From an uncultured bacterium (GTDB taxonomy: Bacteria; Patescibacteriota; Minisyncoccia; UBA6257; GWB1-50-10): DNA of 64,000 nucleotides. Location of the stretch: contig CAVYJB010000001.1 of assembly GCA_963768835.1 (NCBI GenBank), positions 24,420-88,419 on the forward strand, read 5' to 3'. Made by a program: the position numbers and the translations under genes. Below, in pieces: positions 56,561-64,000 of the stretch. Each line of letters starts with the position of its first letter. The stretch's first letter is position 1. Below the pieces are notes generated by a model. It did not search any database. It was given only the letters and a program-made list of their open reading frames with translations, and was not told the origin of the DNA.

Positions 56561-58483
56561 GTGCTGACACTCGAGCGAACCCCCGAGAACCCCATCGTGG
56601 TCCCCGATTCCCGGGAGGCTTGGCGCGCCGAGGCAACCTTTAATGGGTGTGTCGCCAAAGACCGCAACGGCATTCATATTCTCTATCGAGCTCTCTCATC
56701 CCCGCAGTATCAAGCGGGGGTGACAATGAACGTATCGACGATTGGCCATGCGGTCAGTCGCGATGGATTCCACTTCAAAGACCACGCGCAGTTCATCCGA
56801 CCGGAACATGACTGGGAACGGTTCGGTTGCGAGGACCCGCGGGTAACAAAGCTTGGGAATACTTACTATATTTTTTATACGTCGCTGAGCTCTTACCCCT
56901 TCAGCCCCGAGGGTATTACCGTGGGTCTTGCGCGTACTTCGAACTTCACTACCATCCGAGACAAGCACCATGTAACGCCTTTCAATGCAAAAGCGATGGC
57001 GCTTTTCCCAGAAAAAATAAGTGGAAAATTCGCCGCACTCCTTACCGCTAACACAGACCGACCACCGGCCCGTATAGGGCTCGCGCTTTTCGACGAAGAA
57101 GAGGACCTATGGTCCCCTGACTACTGGGAGCACTGGTACAGGAACCTTGAATCCCGCATCCTGCCTCTGGTACGTGACCCCGCGGACCAAGTAGAGGTGG
57201 GGGCACCGCCCCTAAAAACCAAGGCGGGGTGGCTTGTCGTCTATTCCTACATCCGGAACTATTTTCGTCCTCCCCAGCAGTTCGGGGTCGAAGCGGCCCT
57301 TCTCGATCTCCGTAACCCCCAAAAGGTCCTAGGAAGGACCTCGAGGCCATTCCTTGTACCGCAGGAAGAATACGAACGCTACGGAAAAGTGCCTAATATT
57401 GTTTTCCCTTCGGGAGCGCTCGTGCGGGGCAAGACTTTCCATCTTTACTATGGCGCCGCGGACACGACCTGTTGTCTCGCGAGCGCACCCCTTTCCGCCG
57501 TCCTGGGTACCGTCAAACCTCCCAAACGATCTCCTGTTCTCTTCGAACGCGCTCGCGAGAACCCTATCCTAGGGCCGCGCCCCGACCACACTTGGGAAAC
57601 AAGAGCTGTTTTCAATCCTGCGGCCCTACGCGCAGGCGGAAAAATTCATCTTCTCTACCGCGCAATGTCGGAGGACAACACTTCCGTCCTGGGCTATGCC
57701 GCAAGCCGGGACGGCGTCCATATCGACGAAAGGCTTCTTGAGCCAGCCTATAAACCCAGGACAGATTCAGAACGGAAAGGCCAGGCGGGTGGCAATTCCG
57801 GTTGCGAAGACCCGCGCCTTACACGAATCGGCGACACGATCTACATGTGCTATACCGCGTTCAATGGCATCCAGCCACCGCAGGTGGCGCTCTCTACCAT
57901 TTCGCTTCAAGACTTCCTCGCCCACCAATGGGTATGGAGCAACCCGGTGCTGATCTCGCCAGAGGGCATCGAGGACAAAGACGCTTGTCTTTTGCCTGCG
58001 AAGGTAAACGGGAAATTTATGGTGTTTCACCGTATCCGCACCTCTATTGATATCGACTTCGTGGATCACCTTGACCGTACGAAACGCCTCCCGCTCACTG
58101 ATAGCCGTTGGCTTCTTCCCCGGAAAGATAAATGGGATAGTGAAAAGGTTGGCATCGCGGCGCCTCCGTTGAAAACCAGCGAGGGTTGGCTCCTTTTGTA
58201 CCATGGCGTTTCTTCAGACGACCATTACTACCGCGTAGGAGCCGTGCTCCTCGCACTCAAGAATCCTTCGACGATCCTTGCTCGCACCGATGCGCCCCTC
58301 TTTGAACCGGATGAATGGTACGAACGGGAAGGCCAGGTTTCGAACGTTGTGTTTCCTTGCGGCGCTGTAATTCATGACAAACTTCTTCGTATCTACTATG
58401 GCGGCGCCGATCGTGTGGTTGGCACGGCATCCGCCGAACTCGAGCGATTGTTAAAACTTCTCAAGACCAGCAAGCTGAAATAA
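56561..58483 (+). CDS. GH130-family glycosidase/phosphorylase, two intact-looking domains
   Basis: Two GCEDPR motifs, two NIVFP/NVVFP...YYG.AD; GTG start. Confidence 0.92.
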   Translation: MLTLERTPENPIVVPDSREAWRAEATFNGCVAKDRNGIHILYRALSSPQYQAGVTMNVSTIGHAVSRDGFHFKDHAQFIRPEHDWERFGCEDPRVTKLGNTYYIFYTSLSSYPFSPEGITVGLARTSNFTTIRDKHHVTPFNAKAMALFPEKISGKFAALLTANTDRPPARIGLALFDEEEDLWSPDYWEHWYRNLESRILPLVRDPADQVEVGAPPLKTKAGWLVVYSYIRNYFRPPQQFGVEAALLDLRNPQKVLGRTSRPFLVPQEEYERYGKVPNIVFPSGALVRGKTFHLYYGAADTTCCLASAPLSAVLGTVKPPKRSPVLFERARENPILGPRPDHTWETRAVFNPAALRAGGKIHLLYRAMSEDNTSVLGYAASRDGVHIDERLLEPAYKPRTDSERKGQAGGNSGCEDPRLTRIGDTIYMCYTAFNGIQPPQVALSTISLQDFLAHQWVWSNPVLISPEGIEDKDACLLPAKVNGKFMVFHRIRTSIDIDFVDHLDRTKRLPLTDSRWLLPRKDKWDSEKVGIAAPPLKTSEGWLLLYHGVSSDDHYYRVGAVLLALKNPSTILARTDAPLFEPDEWYEREGQVSNVVFPCGAVIHDKLLRIYYGGADRVVGTASAELERLLKLLKTSKLK

Positions 58484-58505
58484 GGTTGCGCTGACCTAAG
58501 AAAAC

Positions 58506-58535
58506 AAAATGACCCGCTTCGAAGCAGGTCATTTT
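58506..58535. terminator. Bidirectional terminator
   Basis: AAAATGACCCGC-TTCGAA-GCAGGTCATTTT. Confidence 0.7.
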
Positions 58536-58548
58536 AGAAACCTCAGGA

Positions 58549-58875
58549 CTATTGCTGCGGAGCTGTCGAAGTCGGACCTCCGTTTGGGAAGTTGACCGGC
58601 CCGTAGCCGCCCCGGACACCCATCATACTGCCATACCCCCCATAACCCCTCATCATCACAGGATAATGGCTAGAACCATAACGACCGTACCGCATCTGCC
58701 CCAGAAATCCCTTGAGCTCACCAAGTGCGAGACCTGCGCAGAACACAAACCCAAGCAGAATAAGCCCGAGAATCCAGCGAACAACGTGGTGCCGTCCACC
58801 GTAGCAGGCGCACCCCATGCATCGGCATCCTTCCGGGTGCCCATGCATTTGCTCCCCTTTGTTATTATTTTCCAT
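58549..58875 (-). CDS. Small single-TM protein with Cys/His N-terminus and Gly/Tyr/Met tail
   Basis: HGH..CRC..C.C, TM, GYGGYGSMMG. Confidence 0.75.
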   Translation of the reverse strand: MENNNKGEQMHGHPEGCRCMGCACYGGRHHVVRWILGLILLGFVFCAGLALGELKGFLGQMRYGRYGSSHYPVMMRGYGGYGSMMGVRGGYGPVNFPNGGPTSTAPQQ

Positions 58876-59097
58876 AAATTATGAATGGATATGAATATGT
58901 GAACACCGACCTTTCCGTCCATTATACCGAATGACTTATACGCGAGGCAAGAAGGACAAAATCCTGTTGTGGTAGCCTTTGATGAGTCTTATCGTACCAT
59001 ACCATAAATAAAGAGATGTGCACCGCACATGAGAGTTTCGCGGTATTAGAAGATGCAGGCCGGTGGGGAACCGGCCTAGGTTATAATTAAGGTAGCA

Positions 59098-59331
59098 ATG
59101 ACAACTATCCTTGGTAACGATCTTGTATGGTGGACCGGTATCCTCGGAGGCTTTTTCTCGCTCCTTCTGCTCGTGACCGCTATCGTAAAACAGTACAACT
59201 GGAAAATCTTCCTACGCTGGCAAATACCGCTTACTCCCCTCCACCACTGGTTTGGGTGGATTGCAGTTGGTTTCCTTGCTATCCATTTCCTTCTCGCGAT
59301 CTTCCAATTCAATTTCCATGTCTATTTTTGA
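59098..59331 (+). CDS. Small membrane protein with cytochrome b-like His pair
   Basis: LHHWFGWIAVGFLAIH; first gene of the redox operon. Confidence 0.7.
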   Translation: MTTILGNDLVWWTGILGGFFSLLLLVTAIVKQYNWKIFLRWQIPLTPLHHWFGWIAVGFLAIHFLLAIFQFNFHVYF

Positions 59332-60040
59332 GAACCTCCTGGCACGGCTTGAGGCCGTGCCACTCCAGATGCAGATCACTTCGTCGGAACCTATCGGCTC
59401 CCACATCCAGAAAGTGACGCTTGCCTATCCGCGTGGACAGGCGAAGGAATTCCCCATCGGTTCCTATATCCAACCCATGATCGCGGGGTGTATACCGAGG
59501 GCCTACTCTATCGTAGAGGCGACCGACAGGAACTGCACTATCATTGTAAGCACGAGTGGTCGTGGGGTGGGCGCTCGGTTTTTCGAGAATGCTCCGGTGG
59601 GTACGCCTATCGAAAGCTTCGGGCCTTTCAGCGATTTTCCTTACCGATATGGCACCGGCCGATCGAAAATATTCCTGGCGACCGGAACCGGCGTGGCACC
59701 TTTTGTCCGAATGATACCGGAAGCCATCCACGAAAACCTCCCTGCTCTTCTGGCCCTCGGCGTTCCAGAAGAACGCGATATCCCCTACCGTGCATACCTC
59801 GAGAGCCTCTCCGCCCGCACTCCAAGCTTCCACTGTCTTTTTGTTCTTTCGCGGGCCAGCAAGACCTGGGAAGGCCCTCGAGGGTATATAACAGATCAGT
59901 TTGAGGGCACTCGAGAGGAATGGCTTCGTGCAAGCGACGTTTATGTCTGCGGAATCCCCGCTATGACGGAGGGTACCCGAGAGCTTCTTCGCCGGGTCCA
60001 CGTGCCGCGAAAACAAATCTTTGTCCAAAAGTTTGGATAA
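59318..60040 (+). CDS. FAD/NAD(P)H oxidoreductase, ferredoxin-NADP reductase family
   Basis: RAYS, GPF, ATGTGVAP, GYI, YVCG. Confidence 0.92.
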   Translation: MSIFENLLARLEAVPLQMQITSSEPIGSHIQKVTLAYPRGQAKEFPIGSYIQPMIAGCIPRAYSIVEATDRNCTIIVSTSGRGVGARFFENAPVGTPIESFGPFSDFPYRYGTGRSKIFLATGTGVAPFVRMIPEAIHENLPALLALGVPEERDIPYRAYLESLSARTPSFHCLFVLSRASKTWEGPRGYITDQFEGTREEWLRASDVYVCGIPAMTEGTRELLRRVHVPRKQIFVQKFG

Positions 60041-60047
60041 ATCCTTT

Positions 60048-60548
60048 ATGAAAGACGAGTTCGACTCTCCGACAACCAGTGCGACCGTAAAGGAAAGCGG
60101 AAATCTTAGAAGCGTACGCACCTACGGAGAATTACTCCTTCTTCTGCTCCTCGTGGCGCATGCAGTAGCCTTCCTCGCTTTCCGTTGGGTGGAGCGTGAT
60201 GAAATCCAATCTGAACTCACCGATTTCGTACGAAACGCACCAGTGAATGTTTTTGGCCCCCAAGGAGCGGATCTTGGACCCTCTTCCAATGGCATCGTAG
60301 TCCTTCGCTATGGCGATGCCGGTCCGGGATGGGGTTTCCATGAAACGAGTATCCAGGGCCAGGAATACCTTTCTTTTGCGCCGCCTGGCGGCAACCTTGT
60401 AGTCGCGAAATCTGAAGGAGATCTTCATCAGGAAGAGATGCGCATCGCTCTCATCCTTGCAGTTCTCTACATCGGCGAGGTTATTTTGCTCTTTGGATGG
60501 TGGTCGTTCCTTAAGGAACGACTGAAAACACTTTTCACGGTCTCCTAG
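60048..60548 (+). CDS. Two-TM hypothetical protein in redox operon
   Basis: TM-soluble-TM; 7 nt after the FNR stop and 4 nt before the next start. Confidence 0.7.
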   Translation: MKDEFDSPTTSATVKESGNLRSVRTYGELLLLLLLVAHAVAFLAFRWVERDEIQSELTDFVRNAPVNVFGPQGADLGPSSNGIVVLRYGDAGPGWGFHETSIQGQEYLSFAPPGGNLVVAKSEGDLHQEEMRIALILAVLYIGEVILLFGWWSFLKERLKTLFTVS

Positions 60549-60552
60549 TGCT

Positions 60553-61092
60553 ATGTCAAAGAAACTACTCCAACGATTCCTCATTTTTTTCTTTTCCTGG
60601 ACCTTCCTCATCATTCTGGTGGTAGGCTGGGTTCGTACAAAACGCCAAGGAGGGACGGTACAGGTAAGCCTAGTATCAAGCCAGAGCACCTCGACGGCCC
60701 CAACCAAGCCGAGCACCGTGCCGAGTACCCCTTCGGTAACGCCGCCTGCATCACCCTCACAAAACACGCCGAAGTCAACGGCGCCAAAACCACCGAGCAC
60801 CCCTACACCTCCGCCTGCCCCAGCCCCAACGCAACAGACCTTCACAGGATCCACGTACAGCATTCCATGGGGCAACGTGACAGTCTCCGTCACGACAGAC
60901 GGCGGGAAGATTGTCGCCGTGGATACGCCGGATATCCCGAATTCACCGCCTAGCCGTTACGCGCAGCCTATTCTTATCCAACAGGCTCTCCAGGCTGGCT
61001 CCGCAAACATCCAAGGAGTCTCCGGCGCAACTTATACAAGCCTTGCATTCCAGAAATCGCTTGAAAATGCGATCGCGCAGGCCGGTCTCTGA
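60553..61092 (+). CDS. Membrane-anchored FMN-binding (flavinylated) domain protein
   Basis: TM, Pro/Thr linker, WG.VTVSV...GKI, VSGATYTS flavinylation motif. Confidence 0.92.
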   Translation: MSKKLLQRFLIFFFSWTFLIILVVGWVRTKRQGGTVQVSLVSSQSTSTAPTKPSTVPSTPSVTPPASPSQNTPKSTAPKPPSTPTPPPAPAPTQQTFTGSTYSIPWGNVTVSVTTDGGKIVAVDTPDIPNSPPSRYAQPILIQQALQAGSANIQGVSGATYTSLAFQKSLENAIAQAGL

Positions 61093-61096
61093 ACCC

Positions 61097-62005
61097 ATGC
61101 CCGTGGAAGAACACGTAGTGTTCCATTCGATGGGCTTACCCGTCCATCTCACGCTCATTGGGGTCACGCCATCTCAAGCGGCTGTCTTCGGGCAACGAGC
61201 TGAAACGGTCTTCCAAAAATGGGATCGGGTCTTCAGCCGCTTCCGAGAGGACAGCGAATTGGCGAGATTGAATGCCCATGCGGGAGAGTGGGTGGAGGTG
61301 AGCCCATTAATGCTCGAGGTGCTTGGGAAATGTCTCGCGCTGACTAAAGAAACGGAAGGATGTTTCGATCCGAGCGCGGGGAGCTACCTTGCTGCAGCCG
61401 GCTATGGCCTTCCCAAAAACCTTATCCTCCCTACACAGGTACCGACTTATCGCGATATAGCGATGGACATACCGAACAGCCGTATACGGACTGCTCCCAG
61501 ACAGGTACTCGAGCCTGCGGCTCTCGTGAAGGGCATGGCGATCGACGCCGCGGGAACCGCCCTCGCTGGTGTCCCCGCCTGGATGGTCAATGCTGGGGGC
61601 GATCTCCGCACTCAAGGCGACTATCCTGGGCAGGGAGCGTGGAATGTCGCTATCCAGGCCCCTCAAGATCGCCGAGCAGTTATTTCCACCGTTCGCGCTC
61701 GTAACGAAGCGGTCGCCACTTCTGGGACTTATGAAACGACCTGGGAATCCGGACGGGAAAGATGGCACCACCAAATAAACATGACAACGGGTAAGCCGAC
61801 GACCGGGGTCATAAGTGTCACGGTTCTTGCCCCTACCGCAGAACTCGCCGACGGATTTTCGAGCGCTGCGCTCCTTCTTGGCATCAAAACTGGCTCTGCG
61901 TACCTCAATCGACATGGCATCCCATGGATGTGTGTCGATAACATGGGTCGAATGTTTCGGAACGAGATGTACCATGAGCGAGAAATGGCTATTACCCACG
62001 CATAG
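61097..62005 (+). CDS. apbE: FAD:protein FMN transferase
   Basis: MG, FSRF..DSEL..LN, G.FDP, KG, VNAGGD, ATSG.Y, HH. Confidence 0.92.
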   Translation: MPVEEHVVFHSMGLPVHLTLIGVTPSQAAVFGQRAETVFQKWDRVFSRFREDSELARLNAHAGEWVEVSPLMLEVLGKCLALTKETEGCFDPSAGSYLAAAGYGLPKNLILPTQVPTYRDIAMDIPNSRIRTAPRQVLEPAALVKGMAIDAAGTALAGVPAWMVNAGGDLRTQGDYPGQGAWNVAIQAPQDRRAVISTVRARNEAVATSGTYETTWESGRERWHHQINMTTGKPTTGVISVTVLAPTAELADGFSSAALLLGIKTGSAYLNRHGIPWMCVDNMGRMFRNEMYHEREMAITHA

Positions 62006-62012
62006 GAAATAA

Positions 62013-62046
62013 AATAAGAGCCGTCCCAGTCGCAACGGCTCTTATT
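62013..62046. terminator. Bidirectional terminator
   Basis: AATAAGAGCCGT...ACGGCTCTTATT. Confidence 0.75.
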
Positions 62047-62074
62047 ATTATGCCTTAAGATTAAAAATCAGGGA

Positions 62075-62875
62075 CTAGGGAGTTGTTGAAGTAGACGTGG
62101 TAGTAGCTGTGGTCCCAATCCCACCCATCGCCTTCAATTCTTTTACAATGCTCACGGCGTCCTGGCGGGCCGCTTGTAGATCGGACATCGCAGTCTTCAA
62201 TTTCGATCGAGCATCTTTCAGCATCTGAGTATTGGCCTGAAGCTTCGTCGGATCTCCCTGGTCAGGCGTTAAACCAGAGATTTCCGCCACAGCTGTCTGC
62301 GCTTGCGTCTGGGCATCTGAAACCTTGGTGCTTAGATCTGTAAGTGAGGTCTGGAGCGCAGCTACATCGCTCCCCGCGCTCTGGGCCGCCGTGATGCGAG
62401 TTTGGAGTTTTGTGGCAATGATAGAAAGGTTATCCACGATTGTAAGCACCCGATCCGTGGCCGCAGTGATAGCACCTTGGGGAATGACGAGGAGGTAAAT
62501 CCGATAAGATTTCGTGATGGACTGCAGGTCCGTACGAAGCGTTGGGAGATCCGTGTCAGCTGCTACTTTCGTTTGCAACGCCGTGAGTTCGGTTTCCTGC
62601 GCCTGAATCGACGAAGCAAGGTTGTCCTTTTCGGTGCCCGAAAGCTTCTGCATATCCTGGATACGCGTAGCGAGCGCTTGGAGACCCTGAAGTCGACGAT
62701 TGATCTCCTGGTTCGCTCGGCTTATAAGCGTTTGTATCCGAGCAGCAGCGGAACCCCCAGTCGTAGAGGATGCGTTTGGCAGTACAACCGCAGAAACCGA
62801 GATGGCCCCCACGAGAAAAATGGTAACGCCGAGAACGACTGGGATGGCCGCGGTGCTGATTGTTTTATAGTTCAT
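62075..62875 (-). CDS. Secreted all-helical/coiled-coil protein
   Basis: Signal peptide, heptad-rich, Thr-rich tail. Confidence 0.8.
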   Translation of the reverse strand: MNYKTISTAAIPVVLGVTIFLVGAISVSAVVLPNASSTTGGSAAARIQTLISRANQEINRRLQGLQALATRIQDMQKLSGTEKDNLASSIQAQETELTALQTKVAADTDLPTLRTDLQSITKSYRIYLLVIPQGAITAATDRVLTIVDNLSIIATKLQTRITAAQSAGSDVAALQTSLTDLSTKVSDAQTQAQTAVAEISGLTPDQGDPTKLQANTQMLKDARSKLKTAMSDLQAARQDAVSIVKELKAMGGIGTTATTTSTSTTP

Positions 62876-62900
62876 GGTTCTAAAAATAGTTTAGTTTCCT

Positions 62901-63224
62901 CTATTGACCCTGCGGGATGGGTTGGTCATTTAAACTCTGGTCAACACTAGATGCATCGGCATTGAGTCCGTTCATTTGGGTATCGATGTTTTGAAGATCT
63001 TGGTCAAGCGCTGCGTTCGAAGTATCCTGAGGCGAGATAGTCCCCGACATGGCGGAAGAGCTTGTAACTGGAGCGCCCGAAGTCGGCTGGCTCGCAACCG
63101 GAACTGGCGCACTTGGTGCCGGCGAAGGAGCGCTCGGACCCTGTTGACTCACGAGCCACCAAACTCCGCCTACAACTACGACTAACACAATGGCCCCGAT
63201 GATCATATTAGAAGATTTTTGCAT
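62901..63224 (-). CDS. Small membrane-anchored low-complexity protein
   Basis: N-terminal TM, Pro/Ser linker, LDQDLQ.ID helix. Confidence 0.75.
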   Translation of the reverse strand: MQKSSNMIIGAIVLVVVVGGVWWLVSQQGPSAPSPAPSAPVPVASQPTSGAPVTSSSAMSGTISPQDTSNAALDQDLQNIDTQMNGLNADASSVDQSLNDQPIPQGQ

Positions 63225-63399
63225 AGTTCTAGATTCGAATATTTTATGGGCGACTTTTTATGGCCCTATTATTATATATATTTAGGAAAGCTTTTAGAAT
63301 AGCGTAGTCTGCTCTTTAATAATACGGCAAATCAGATAGGAATATTTCATCCTAACTAAAACGCACCGAATTGAGCTCCCCCACGGTAATAGTTAAGGT

Positions 63400-64000
63400 A
63401 TGGACCCCAAAGGAAAGGTGGCCATCGTAACCGGAGCTTCCGAAGGCATCGGGCAATTGACCGCGCGGTATCTTGCTGATCAAGGAGCAAAACTTGTACT
63501 CGCGGCCCGTTCTAGCAAGATTCTAGAAAAGTTTGCAACAGAGCTTCCAGATGCTATCGCGGTTACTACGGATATGCGTCGATCAAAATATATTGAGCGC
63601 CTGGTGGACGCAGCGTTGGAGCATTATGGCCGCATTGATATCCTGGTGAACAACGCAGGCCAAGGAATCTACGGACCAGTGGAGACTATTGACATCGGCC
63701 AGTACCAGAGCGTCATCGAGTTAAACGTGTTCGGACCGCTCCGAGCAATGCAGGCTGTCATCCCGGCGATGCGTTCGCAAGGAGGCGGCGTAATCTTGAA
63801 CGTGAGTTCTCTCGTCTCCAAGAACTATTTCCCGAACCTCGGTGCCTATGCCTCCACAAAATATGCCCTGAACGCCCTATCGCTGACCGCGCGTACGGAG
63901 CTCGCGAAGTACGGAATCATAGTTTCCGTATTTCATCCTCGCATGACGGCCACGGCCTTCGGGAAGAATGCAATCGGGACACGCCCTACCTGGAATACGG
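63400..64000 (+). CDS. Short-chain dehydrogenase/reductase (runs off window end)
   Basis: VTGASEGIG, LVNNAG, YASTK. Confidence 0.92.
   Translation, partial: MDPKGKVAIVTGASEGIGQLTARYLADQGAKLVLAARSSKILEKFATELPDAIAVTTDMRRSKYIERLVDAALEHYGRIDILVNNAGQGIYGPVETIDIGQYQSVIELNVFGPLRAMQAVIPAMRSQGGGVILNVSSLVSKNYFPNLGAYASTKYALNALSLTARTELAKYGIIVSVFHPRMTATAFGKNAIGTRPTWNT

Overview
64 kb of a small, gene-dense bacterial genome (code 11). The gene set and style point to Patescibacteria/CPR, probably Parcubacteria-like (inference). Housekeeping genes: secA, gltX, murG-ftsW-mraY, scpAB, def-fmt, rplI, rpmA, dnaX, ychF, rmuC, mpg, msrA and a DEAD-box helicase. There are three tRNAs (Gln-CTG, Leu-GAG, Gln-TTG). 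Redox and surface functions include CcdA/DipZ, four DoxX-type proteins, an FNR/FMN-binding/ApbE flavinylation module, two tandem-domain GH130 genes and many secreted or ORFan proteins. I recognised no CRISPR array, integrase or transposase. Most interesting signals: (1) a ~200-nt structured secA leader with a 14-codon uORF ending RRSPP-stop and mutually exclusive terminator/antiterminator helices, preceded by a separate ~100-nt sRNA-like unit; (2) accessory genes next to tRNA-Gln and tRNA-Leu separated by decayed tRNA 3'-end copies, like a cassette array without an integrase; (3) three apparent translation-start regimes (near-leaderless housekeeping genes, Shine-Dalgarno ORFans, and a recurring AAGGTCG leader motif); (4) a membrane PH-domain/Schlafen (AlbA_2) fusion; (5) catalytically unusual enzymes (an amidohydrolase inside the cell-wall cluster, and a GluRS with SLAN in place of HIGH). 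All calls come from reading the sequence by eye; no searches or folding programs were run.
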